Positions 40,557-52,840 of a DNA stretch of 64,000 bases are shown here, piece after piece; the stretch's first letter is position 1; each line of letters opens with the position of its first letter. The position numbers and the translations under genes are program-made. The stretch comes from Octopus vulgaris (taxonomy: Eukaryota), in assembly GCA_951406725.2 (NCBI GenBank), contig OX597821.1, positions 68,696,001-68,760,000 of the forward strand, read 5' to 3'. The notes beneath the pieces were generated by a model. It was not told where the DNA came from, made no database searches, and worked only from the letters and a program-made list of their open reading frames with translations.

Positions 40557-42010
40557 CTGCAGAATAAGAAATAATAAAATAGAGATTTGGAGAGGAAATA
40601 AAAAGAAGAGTTAAGGAATAAAATTTGAAATAAGTTTCCTCTTTCATTTTAGTAGATGATTGTTTCCAATCTTTAAAAAAATTTTTAAAAAATAAAAATA
40701 CAACATATGCATTTCATCATCAATGTTTCGACACCCACTTCACCATGCTCGCATGGCTTAGACAGAATTCACTGAGCAGATTTTTTCTACAGCCAGATGC
40801 CCTTCCAATCACCAAACTTCATTCGTTTCTAAGCAAGGTATTATTTCCATATGGCCCCAACATATTTTCATAGAAGATTGGAAACAAACAACCACTTGTA
40901 CAATGGCGACACCCATTCATAACTATCACACAAGGTCAAGACAAGGAGACCCAAATACATTTATGACAAGCTTCTTTCAGTTCCCATAAACCAAATCCAC
41001 ATACAACACTATGCTCAACTTGGGGCTATAGTAGAAGACATTGTGAAACTGAACCTGAAACCATGTGGTTGGAAAGCAAACTTTAACTACAGCAAGTTGC
41101 TTGCGCACTTGGTTATTTTTATTATTCTAGAACCAAACAATGAGGTTTTACTGCTTCATTAGTAAACAATAACAACTAAATAAATCTCATAACTGAAAAT
41201 GATACAAGCTAATTAATAACATTGTTTATTTGTCTTTCAATACAAATGTCAAGAATTTTTCTTTTCTTTATATTATAATAATGACAATTATTAGTCATAT
41301 TTTTGTACTTAGAATTAATTAAGCTGCTTTTCATCCATGGAATACAAAAGGACTGAAGTATGAAAATAGATATTGTTCGCTAATAAGGCCTTTTAAACTG
41401 AACATGAAAGTCAAATGGAGAAATATTAATTTTAATCACTTTGTAGTTTGTTGCAAAATTTCAACAAATCTTTCCATTAATTTATTTCTAACGAAATAGA
41501 TTGCTGATGTTTCAATTAATTTTGACAATAATCAAAAGCATGGTAGGATTTACAAAAGTAACATTTTAATTAAGATAATGATTGGAACACAAGAGGTTCC
41601 AGCATAAAATTCTGATCATCAACAACCCCTGGACATCAATGTCTCTAGTCCTAGGACACATAGGGCCAGCTACCCAGGTTGTGTGCCCATGCCATGTAAG
41701 AGCACACGTACCAGTACTGTGTAAGAGCACCCATGCCAGTGCAATGTAGTGCTCATGCCGGCATCATGTAACTGTTCCCGTGTCAATGCCATATAAATGC
41801 ACTTGTACTGGTACCACGTTAAAAGCACCCAGCACACACTGTAAAGTGGTTGGCATTACAAATGGCTTCCAGCTATAAAAATCAAGCCAAATCAGACTAG
41901 AACCTGGTGCAGCTCCCCAGCTCAACCCATGCCAGATTGGAAAAGGAGGAGGAGGAGATCATAACATTCCCCTAGAACAGGATGCCAGGCCATTACAGGG
42001 TTACCACTCA

Positions 42011-42498
42011 GTTCTATATTTAAGAGATGGGGAATTATGTACATTATTTACATTAGACGGATATTTGTCCTCATCTTGTTTGTTGTTAACACAACGTTTC
42101 GGCTGATATAACCTCCAGCCTTCATCAGGTGTCTTGGGGAAATTTTGAACCTGGGTTCTCATTCCTAAGGTATTTTTTGATATTATTATTATTATTATTC
42201 AGGTCACTGCCTGGAATTGAACTTGGAATCATGGGGTTAGTAGCCCATGCTCTTAACCACTATGCCACGGGCATATGGCATAATGGTTAAGAGTGTGGGC
42301 TACTAACCCCAAGATTCCAAGTTCAATTCCAGGCAATGACCTGAATAATAATAATATCAAAAAATACCTTAGGAATGAGAACCCAGGTTTGAAATTTCCC
42401 CAAGACACCTGATAAAGGCTGGAGGTTATATCAGCCGAAACATGTTAACAACAACCAAGATGAGGACAAATATTCGTCAAATTTAAATAATGTAAATA
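42011..42498. mobile_element. Head-to-head inverted dimer of a tRNA-head, hammerhead-bearing Penelope-type non-autonomous element
   Basis: Arms about 42035-42267 and 42276-42498 are near reverse complements. 14-bp TSD agggttaccactca at 41997-42010 and 42499-42512. Pol III A-box (tggcataatgg) and B-box (gttcaattcc) in each head. Inserted in an older SINE. Confidence 0.85.
42088..42133 (-). ncRNA. Minimal type I hammerhead ribozyme (Penelope-like-element class)
   Basis: Minus strand reads GACAC-CUGAUGA-A-GGCUG-gagguuauau-CAGCC-GAA-ACGU-U-GUGUU. Intact core, 5-bp stem II, palindromic ACGU stem III, stem I GACAC/GUGUU. Predicted cleavage between 42093 and 42092. Confidence 0.7.
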
Positions 42499-45400
42499 AG
42501 GGTTACCACTCATTTACAGTTGAGGGGACAGGAGCAACATGAAATGAAATGTTTTGCTCAAGAACACAATGCACTGCCCAGTGTGGAAATTGAAGAGTGA
42601 AACGTTCTAGCCACTGAGCCACAATGCCTGCCTGCACCAAAATTATGACGGAAGATTTCAATTACATATGAACATTTTAAAACAAACAACAAATAGGTAA
42701 TCTCAGGCAGATTGATATTGAAAAGGCTAGCAAGCAACTAACTCATCAATGACTATTCATAAAGAGACATTCTCCAGTAACTATCTGATGCAAGTGAGTC
42801 ATTAAACAAACATTTAATATGGATTTTTGCTAGGTCGGTCTCTCTTTCTCTCTCTCACTCTCTCGCTAAATGTTTTATAGAGCTAAACACTAACAAAATA
42901 ATCTAGGTGTAGTCATCATAAATTAGCACTACTACTACCAACAACATCAATTCATATGACTTGTCTAATGCATCTTGAAAAAGCTACATTCCTCATTTGT
43001 AAGGATGCAAAATCATGCATTTCTGGAGACACCCAAAGAAATATCAATAAGAAAAAGCTATTAATAAGGAAGTACACCTATTAAAAAAAAATTGCATCCT
43101 AGCATGTATGCCATGCATTAATGAACACCAAGTTAAAGCAGTGTGCAGTCAGTAAGGGGTTGAAAAAAAGGCTAAGGAAAGACATGTCTTCCAGATAGGG
43201 GGCTGCATCTTATCAGTGCTATACTGCAAACTACCCTACAATCTTTATCAGCATGAGTAAATGGATGCTAAATCAATAAAGATGATGACATAGTTGCTTG
43301 TGCACATGTGAGTGTGCCTGTGAGAGAGTGCACGTGAGTGTGTGTGCATGCAAGAGTGAGTGTGAGCACGTGTGAATGTGAATGTGTGTGCATGAGTGTA
43401 CATGCACATGTGAAGGTGTGTGAGTACACATGCAAGGAAATGTGAACTTTATATTACACAACAGAGATAATATGCTTAGGGCAAGAGTTTCTACAGCCAG
43501 GTGCCTTTCTTATTGCTATCCCTCACCTGTTTCCAAGTGAGATAACATTTTCCTATGTTTGAACATATTTTCATGAAACACTGCTTGTATGACAGTGGCA
43601 TTTGTCTACAACAATCATGCAATGTCAAGACAAGGAAACACCCAATGACAGTTTTTGTTTACAGAATCCACTCACAAGAATTTGGTCAACCTAGGACACT
43701 GTAATACAAAACACTTGCCCAAGGTACCATGCAGGGGACTAAACCCAGAACCAAGAGTGTGGGAAGCAAGCTTCTTAACCACAACCATGCTGCTGAATGA
43801 AAAATGACTACAGATTAGAGGAGACTCACTAATACTGTGAACACAGCAAAATATGCAAAGTTAGCAAAATATGCAAAGTTCACACTATAAAGTGTTTCAT
43901 GATCTATTTAACCCATGTAAGTATGAGAAAAAGACATGTGGTACATATGTTCAGAGGAAATTATATATTTTATAAACAAGTAAAAAATATCTCCTCTGAC
44001 CAAAATAAAGAAACTTTTTCTATAACTACAGCTAAAAAATATACAATAAAAGCTATTTTTACTTTCCATTTGAAACAAAGTAAAGAACCTAACAAGGAAG
44101 TAGCTGCATAGTCAATAGGTTTCTAAACATAGCAGTCAAATCTCCCCCCAAATCACACCCACCATTTTAAAATGGGGAGGACAACTGAGATAATATGGTC
44201 CAAGATACTCCTCATCAGACCGGATTGTTAAGCTGGAATGCCTTTGATCACAGGTATGCTCAATTAGGGTTGAAACAGAATAAAGAACAACTTCAACTAT
44301 TAGCTAATAACAGTTCTAGAGGATTATTAAAAAAAAAAAAGGAAAGAAACCTTAAGTCATTGCATAGGGGTGGTCAAATGACAATGTACAAGATTGAAAG
44401 CCAGTTGTCTGTGCCAAACCAATGGAATGAAATTGAGCTATTTCACATCTAAAAGGGAATGTTCAAGCAACCCAAAAATACATAGTGAATGACCAATGAC
44501 TGAAGCCACAGGAATTCCTTAAATCTTTGCCAACAGATATATTTAGTAGCAGTTTTAAAACAAGAATATTCTATTTTTAGATAAAATACCTCCCAGATCT
44601 TTAGTCACTTTTCCTAGATATAAATAGTTGCTATATTTTCCTTGAAACACAGTTCAGTTTAGAAGAAACCAATTGATAGAAAATTGAGACGTTGACAACA
44701 ATGATATAGGTCATGCAGTCACGTTTTACTAACACCTTGAATTATCATGCAGAAAGAAGTTTGACCAGCCATTAGTCCTGTGACGTACTTGTTAGCGAAG
44801 ACTTTAAACTGATAAAACTAATTGAGAAAAGTAGCAGCACAACATTGATCTGTTGACAGAGAAAGTTGTGGAGCAGTACCAGTGTGCAAATCTTCAACTA
44901 CAGAATTTACACTCCAAACATTAAGAACATGTCAGAACATTCAAAGTTATCAACTTAGAATTTCCAGTCCTCCACATTTTACTCTTTATGTATCAAAACC
45001 ACCTATTTGTCTTAAATGAAGAAGGTAACACTAATCCATGATATAATAAGAACAGGATGGCCATAACTGGGAAGTCAATTTTAAGTTTACTTAATTAGTG
45101 CTGACCTGAAGCTGAACAACACTTGCAATAAGTAAGGCAACTTTGAATTTAAGAATGCTAATATATTTATTATAGCTGGGTACATTAATGAAGCAATAGG
45201 TGTGGGCATGGATGTGCGGTTAAGAGGCTTACTTTGCAACCATGTGGTTTTAAATTTAGTTTCACTGCATGGCACTTTGGGCAAATTGCCCCAGATCAAC
45301 CAATGGCTTGAGAGTGAATTTAAGAAGCACACAGTGTGGAAACCCATCACATATGCATGTGCTTGTGTGCACATGCACCTTTGTGCCTGTGTTTGTTCCC

Positions 45401-45669
45401 TCACACGACAACCGGTGTTGATTTGTTTATGTTTCCATAACATGGAAGTTTAGTAATAGTGATCAAGGGAATAAGTATTAGACTTAAAAATAGAAAAAAC
45501 GTGGGATTGATTCAATCGCCTAAAAATTCTTCAAGGCAGTGCACCAGCATGGCTGCAATCCAAAGAGTGAAACAAGTAAAAAGTAGAAGTCAATACAATT
45601 TTAAGCTTTCCTAAGTTTACTTTGCAAACAAACATAAATCTCATCTAAAAATGAATTAGACTTGCTAAA

Positions 45670-45778
45670 ATTAACTGTACAAAAGTCACTAGTGACTCCA
45701 AATTAAGGAGACCTGATTCTGCTCAGATTAACTGTACAGAAGTCACTAGTGACTCCAGATTAAGGAGACATGATTTTG
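45670..45778 (+). repeat. Tandem duplication of an about 57-bp unit
   Basis: attaactgtaca(a/g)aagtcactagtgactcca(a/g)attaaggagac(c/a)tgatt occurs twice. Confidence 0.85.
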
Positions 45779-48700
45779 AACATCATTTCCAAAATGTTGA
45801 CCCTTAGGTGCAAATCCATTTGTCTGAATCTCATCTTTGGCACTACGCAGCTCTGTATACTGAATTCTTCCCATCTGGAAACAGATCAGGTAAAATCAGA
45901 AAGAGAAAGGATGAAAATCAGATTGTAAACTGCTCGTCTACAGTGACAAGATAGAATCTATCAACTAAATCATCATCATCATTTAATATCTCCTTTTCCA
46001 TGCTTGCCTGGGTCAGACTGAATTAGCCAAGGCAGATTTTTCTATAGCCAGATGCCCTTCCTGTTGCCAAACCTCACCTGTTCCCTAGCAAGGTAAATAT
46101 TTCTCATGGCCAGACGTTTTTCCACAGAAGACTATAAATGAACATCACTTGTGTGATGGTGATGCTCATTTACAACCATTATGTGATGTTTGTTACAAGA
46201 GTACATACACAAATGTTCATGCATAAACACACACACAAAGTTTTTTACAGTTTCTGTCTGTTGAACCTACTTCCAAGGCGTAGGTTGGCTCAGACCAATA
46301 GTAAAAGACACTTATGCAAGCCAGACAATGGGACTGAACCCAAGACCATATGACTGAAAAGCAAACTTCTTAACCATATAACCAATCTTTTTTGACAAAG
46401 TATCCAGCTGTAGAAACACTGCCAGATCTGACTGGCCTGGTGCAGCCTTCGGGCTTCCCAGACCCCAGTTGAACCGTCCAACCCATGCTAGCATGGAAAG
46501 CAGACGTTAAACGATGATGATGATGATGATTCTGCTTTTAGAATAAAACCAAATTATCAGTGTATCTGCCAGAGTAGAGTCTAACAAAGATAACCTTGAG
46601 AAAAGTGATTTCATTTTTTGCTACTGTTTTAATTAAACCTCCTAAATCTTGTTGACCTGCACAGAATCATTTTATATTCACAATTCTATATGCTATATAT
46701 TCCTTGTTACATTGATTATACATATAAAATTTCAAATGTAAAATGAGTGAAAAAGATTTCCTGTTTGTCTGAAACACAACACAAAAGAAACCTTATATTT
46801 ATTTTTAGAACAAATGTCTTGACAAAGAGTGATCTCTATTTCCTTCAAAATTTTGCCTGAACAACTATGTAAAACAATATCACAACATCCCAAAGACACA
46901 AGCTTGCGAGGAAGCCTCTATGTGGTTGCTCATTTTGCTAGAAATAGCAGCCAAATCAAATCACACACTGCCATCCCATTCCCATCAATGCAAAATGTAT
47001 AGATAATCACAATATTACTTCTAAAACTTAATCGCTATGATGCCATCATGCTTGAGATTGCTTTTTGTTATAGAGTCATAGAATAGTAAAGGTATGGAAT
47101 ATTCAAGAAACCAGACAGTAAAAAATATCCAGAGAAATAAGTCAGATGCTTTCAAAAGTCTAAGGTGACAAATATCATAGAAAATTAAATATTTTTTTCT
47201 TTGAATATTTACAAACAAAGAAGACATAGAACTAGAGAGACACTCAAGTGAACTTGCATCATAAATGCTTTCTTCTATATCTTTAATCTCTAAATGTCAT
47301 CAGTGCAGATTCATATTATTGATATCTTAGGATAATCAGCTCAACAAATACACACAAAGAGATGTGAGCGCATTACACAGATAATCTGTATAGGAGGAAG
47401 GGGTATTAATTTCTTTGACCATGCAGTCACGAAAAATTAACTTAATTCAATGGATATTTATACTATGTTGACTGAACTCTAGAGCCTATGGAAGATAAAG
47501 CCATTGGCAACACAACATTAGATTAAATAAAAAAAATACAAAAAATTTTTTAAAAAACTAACTACATTGTTCTCTGTTCCTATGAACTCATTCACACCAT
47601 ACACATAAAAACCAACACAATGCATTCATCTCATCTTGTCTCAGGTGTGTGATTCACATCTCCAAACCTAAAACATTTAACAAAACGGTTTAATGGTCAA
47701 TGTACATACTAAAAGAGTTCAATTTCCTGTCACTAATTTTGCTCTGCTATCATTCTAGCTACAACACTGCATGACACCCATTAAAACCAACACAATACAT
47801 TCACCTCTTCTCATAACCATATCTATACCTGACACTTCCAATCCTTGCAAATGTACCACACCCACAATTCTTATAAAACTACCTCACAACATCAACCCTT
47901 ATAAGTGCACTCCACTGCACCCCCTATAAATATACCACACATAACCCAATCCTAAATGTGTATCAAACCCCATCTTTATAAATGTCTCACACACATCCAA
48001 TACATCCCAGTATTTAGTAGTGAACACTCCACACAATCTTATGTTTACCTTTCAATCACAACTGTTCAGTTTAAATAATCGTTGCAGTTCTGTCTATGCA
48101 ACAACAGTCCAAAACTGAACAATAACCACACAAATCTTACTCAGTTACTACACACTTCAAATGGTTCAAATACAACGTGAATGGCCTCAATTAGAGTGCT
48201 GGACTAAACAGAGTACAGCTGTGCACTAACAATAGAAAATACTAATAATACTGAATGTGAGAAGACACAGGGGAAACAGATCTGTAAACACTGGACCTAA
48301 CAGACTAGTGACAACAATGTTGCATGACAAGCACATCCATCTCATACCAGCAGAAAAAATACATAATGACAGGCATAGACAGAGTGACAGGTCTACATAA
48401 ACAGACAAAGTTCCCATTTCAGTGAAGGTGTGGTTTACATTCCAGGACCTAGTGATGCATTATGTTCTTGAGCAAAACACTTTGTTTCATATTGCTCCAG
48501 TCCACCCAATTTCAGTAATAGCTGGGAAGTTAACCATGTGACAGACCAGTGTCCCATTCAGAGATTCATATGCCATGGAAATCATGGTTAAACTCCAGCC
48601 TTATGAGTCTTTGGGCTCATGACAAACAGACCAGCACTCATTTCGTATATGAGGAATTTAGCATACTAAGAAGATAATGAATCCTTAAAACATTCTTCTT

Positions 48701-50364
48701 GACAAAAGAAGCAATTATTTCAATACACTGAGCTATTCATGAAGCAAATGGAAAATATACAGAGCATTTGTCTCTGTGGAGATGTTCAAAGTTATATTAG
48801 GAACTATTCCCTTTCAGAATTTCAATGATGAAGTTATTAATGATACAGATATAATAGGTATCTTGCAATATTTAAGTAAATTGGATATTCTTTCTGAAAT
48901 ACACATTTTAATGACCACCTACCCATACTCATATAGGTCAGACAATTTGATGAGGTAGATTTTCTATGGTCACATAACTTTTTTGTCACCAGCCCTCACC
49001 TATGTTCAAGTGAGGTAATACTTTCCCTTGGCTAGATATCTTTTCACAGAAGATTGGAAACAAAAAGACACTGTTGGCATGATGGTGACTCATGTTTACT
49101 ACTATCAGGTAATATCATGAGGACGTGATTCCATGATGCTAAACTTCATGAAAGAGACAGCAAGCAACTGCAGCAAGTGGTGAGATGCTGCTGGAACAAA
49201 CGTGTCCAACTCTGCTAGCATCAAATGGAAAATTGACATAAAATGGTGGTGGTCATGACACTATCAAAAAGTATCATCACCACATGGTCAAGCACTTGTT
49301 GCAGTGTGACAGGTTGTATGCCTCAAATGAGCTATGCCAGCAGAGTGCAAATTCTTGGTACGGTTTCCCATGCTGGACAGGTCTAAAGATAAAAGCCAGA
49401 CTAATATGGACCCAAAGGTAAAAGTGAGTTTGGGTAAGGGAGAATGCCCATACCTAGAAAACAGCAAGTTACATAGCCATCAATGATAATTCAGAACCAA
49501 CAAGACCTGGAAGAGGAAAGATAGCCCTGAGTCAAGAAAGTTGGAGAAAAATTACTGATGACCTATGCACTCTGAGGAGCAAAGGGCTTAAGTTAGTAAT
49601 GATACTGTGAGGATGAGATGAGCCAGAAGGAAGAAGTGAGAGAAAGAAGACCAGGGTCATCCTCTTTTGCCTTAAGGCACTCACTGCAGACAGACGTGTG
49701 GAGCGAGCTAGCAAGATTGGTAGTAGCAGTTGCTTACATTAGGTGCAACAGGCAGAGTGCAAGTTTTGGACTTAGTACAGCTGGATGGCTGACAATGAGA
49801 AGGTAGGTGAACCATCTCTTATTTCCCTGCATTACAGTTCCCTCATACAACAAGTTATTTTGGCATATGAGTGTTTGAAAGAGAGGATCTTTTCATAGTC
49901 TTAGCTGTACTAAGTCCAAAACTTGCACTCTGCCCATCACACCTAATGTAAGCAGCTGCTACTGCCAATCCTGCTAGCTCAATCCACACACATCTGTTTG
50001 TTGCGAATCACATCTGTTTGTTGCGAATCACATCTGTTTGTGGTCAATCACCTACAATCACCTGCAACCTCAGTGTTGTGCCCTGAACCGCTATTTCCAC
50101 ATCACTGCTACATTTACATCCAGTTTCAATCGCCTAAACACTACTTGTCTCCTTCCACTTTTTTATCACCCTCAGGGTCACAAGAAACATCGTAAAGCCC
50201 ATATCTACGAACACTTCTCCCCCAACCAAAACTTCAACTACAGACATCAACTGCACGGGCACCTTTAGTCGCTCCCTGAGACAGTTTGAGAAGCAGAAAC
50301 TTCCCCATGGCCTTTTCCCTGGCTGCAATTTAAAGCGATAGGCCCCTGAAGCAGGGCTCTGTAG

Positions 50365-50505
50365 ACGAATTACTAATGGACAATAGCATTGCATTTTGTT
50401 CAGAGACACTGAAGGAGATGCTTCATAAGTGGAATGTGCACCACTTCTTCAGAGCGACATACAGGCTGAGTGGAAATGGGATCGTGGAAAGACATCATCG
50501 AATGG
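50365..50505 (+). pseudogene. Retroviral-type integrase (rve) core fragment
   Basis: ELLMDNSIAFCSETLKEMLHKWNVHHFFRATYRLSGNGIVERHHR carries the DN...SNGxVER pattern of the Gypsy integrase core. Confidence 0.85.
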
Positions 50506-50967
50506 GTGGAGAGGGGATGCATCTTACCGCTGGAAGTAGTATTCTAGTACAATATGTTACTCCGATCAGAACAGGTCGAAGAGTCCATGCCACACACACT
50601 GATAGGTGGAGAAGAGGAAGAGAACAAGGCTCCCTCTCTACAGAGATCACAGCGTGTGAGGCATCTATATGGGTGGATGGCAGATTTTGACATGGAGTAA
50701 AGTGAGGAGGTGATCTTTGAAATCGAGGGAGTGGGGTATGTGGGTACAAAATGAGCCAGAAGGAAAGAGCTGTGAGGTCAACAGTCAAGGGGCCTGACCA
50801 GAACAGAGTGGGCGAGAGAGGAAGTGAGGGAAGAAGACCAGGGCTGTCCACTTTTGCCTTGAGGCACTCGCCACAAACAGATGTGTATGTGGAGCAAGCT
50901 AGCGGGACTGGTAGTAGGAGCTGCGTACATTAGGTGCAATGGGCAGGGCGTAAATTTTGGACTTAGT

Positions 50968-51351
50968 GGATGGAAGCATTCCGTCGGTTACAACGATGAG
51001 GGTTCCGGTTGATCCAATGAACGGAACAGCCTGCTCGTGAAATTAACGTGTAAGTGGCTGAGCACTCCACAGACACGTGTACCCTTAACGTAGTTCTCGG
51101 GGATATTCAGCGTGACACAGAGAATGACAAGGCCAGCCCTTTGAAATACAGGTACAACAGAAACAGGAAGTAAGAGTGAGAGAAAGTTGTGGTGAAAGAG
51201 TACAGCAGGGATCACCACCATCCCTGCCGGAGCATCGTGGAGCTTTAGATGTTTTCGCTCAATAAACACTCACAACACCCGGTCTGGGAATCGAAACCGC
51301 GATCCTACGACCGCGAGTCCGCTGCCCTAACCACTGGGCCATTGCGCCTCC
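50968..51351 (-). mobile_element. Young tRNA-derived SINE inserted into the LTR
   Basis: Head ggaggcgcaatggcccagtggttagggcagcggactcgcggtcgtaggatcgcggtttcgattccc (A and B boxes), CpGs intact. Direct repeat acttagt at 50961-50967 and 51352-51358. The empty site is visible in the other LTR copy near 49770. Confidence 0.9.
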
Positions 51352-51578
51352 ACTTAGTACAACTGGATGGACGACAACAACAAGAAGGTAGGTGAACCAT
51401 CTCTTATTTCCCCCCCGCATTACAGTCCCCTCATACAACAGATACCACCCCCAATAAGCTTGTAGCTAAATGGATGAAATCAATATTTCACAATGAAGTC
51501 TTCCAAAAGATAACATGCAGGGCACTGGCACACGTTACTGAGATGATTGTAGAAAATATAACTCAATAAACCACCTAC

Positions 51579-51732
51579 CTTTAATGATTCTACTTCTTCT
51601 TGTAAGCGACTGTTTACTGCAGTAAAGTCTTTTTTCTCTTTATCTAGGTGTTTTATTGTGGTATCCATCTCCTCTTCAAGCTCTTTACTGCTGGTATGGA
51701 ACTCCAGAAACTCTTCTCGTAACGCCTGCAGG
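51579..51732 (-). CDS. nudE: nudE/NDE1/NDEL1 homolog, first coding exon visible in window (N-terminal coiled coil; phase 2 to 0)
   Basis: tttctgcag|C...AAG|gtaggt, 154 bp. Encodes LQALREEFLEFHTSSKELEEEMDTTIKHLDKEKKDFTAVNSRLQEEVESLK, which aligns to NDEL1 [26 protein letters not shown]...RLKYEVEALK. Confidence 0.93.
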
Positions 51733-52840
51733 CTGCAGAAAGAAAAACACAAAAGGTGATTACAAGTAAATGAGGAAATTTGTATGTGTTAGAAATAGCA
51801 GACAAACCTTTTGAATATGGGTCTGCACAGAGTCCACTTAGAATAAAAACAGATGATGATTAGCATTAAATTGATAATAACAACTGTTACACTAAATTAC
51901 AAAAATTTCCTAAGACATAATGAAGGATCATCACTTTCTGAGTTAAGCTATTTCATGGAGGGTAGCATCCATCCAAATGCAGCCAAAATAACTCCTTTAA
52001 AGATTATACACTTCTTGACCCTAAGGACCAAAATCTAAATCCTACTAATAATACCACACTGTACTGTGCATGCCTCTAAACAAAAGGCATTAATTGCTTC
52101 AGTTACAGAAAATAGAAATTGCTTCTACTTTACATTCTTGTCATCAATGACAAAGAAAGTAACTACAAAAATCGTTTTCCAACAATATATGTAAATATTT
52201 GGTCACCATCAGGGTCATATTGTACAAATTGAATAGATGGAGAAAAAGGTTTCATGTATTTTGTAGTTGAAAAAAAAGCTAATTTAAATTCATTTTTACT
52301 TCCCTAAAAGTGAACGAGTTGCCCTTTTTCTTTGCAAAGCAAACAGAGTAAAATAGAGAAAGGGCAAAGAGGATTATTCATGCATTATAAATACTATGTT
52401 TGATGGCAATAACGATGCACAAGAATATTAGACACGCCCTAATTTCAACAGCACATATTCAGAGAAAAGTTTTTAGTACACCGAAACAAGTAATATAGGC
52501 CCAGCTTTTACCTATAAGAAGTGAGGGGAGTTTTTGAGACATTCTTTTGGAAAAAAGAACATCTTACATGTCATCAAATACAGTTAATGATTAAGAAACT
52601 TAAAAAGAGAATGAGACATTCCTAAAGTCTGGTGCAGATCTCTGTTGTCAAGTGTTTATTAATTATGAAGGTTTCCCTAACATTGCTAAAAATAATAATT
52701 GCAAAAGAAAATGACGCATAACTAGTTCAACCAATTATTATTTTGTAATTCTTACACAAAACACATTTTTGGAAAATCTACTTGGACTTCTTTGCATACA
52801 ATTAAAATCCGTAATTTATTTCAAATAAACAACATCATCA

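Larger units (their letters stand above)
49618..51440 (+). mobile_element. Internally deleted Gypsy-like LTR retrotransposon remnant
   Basis: Direct repeats at about 49618-49852 and 50732-51440 (the second interrupted by a SINE) both end ...cctcatacaaca. Purine tract precedes the second repeat, with an integrase fragment between them. Confidence 0.7.

Noticed and set aside
47560-48050. C/A-skewed low-complexity stretch
   Set aside because: No clear periodicity, ORF or terminal structure; probably a decayed simple repeat.
51270-51351. tRNA-like sequence (also at 42200-42345 and other SINE heads)
   Set aside because: No proper acceptor stem, and each continues into a SINE body; these are tRNA-derived heads, not tRNA genes.
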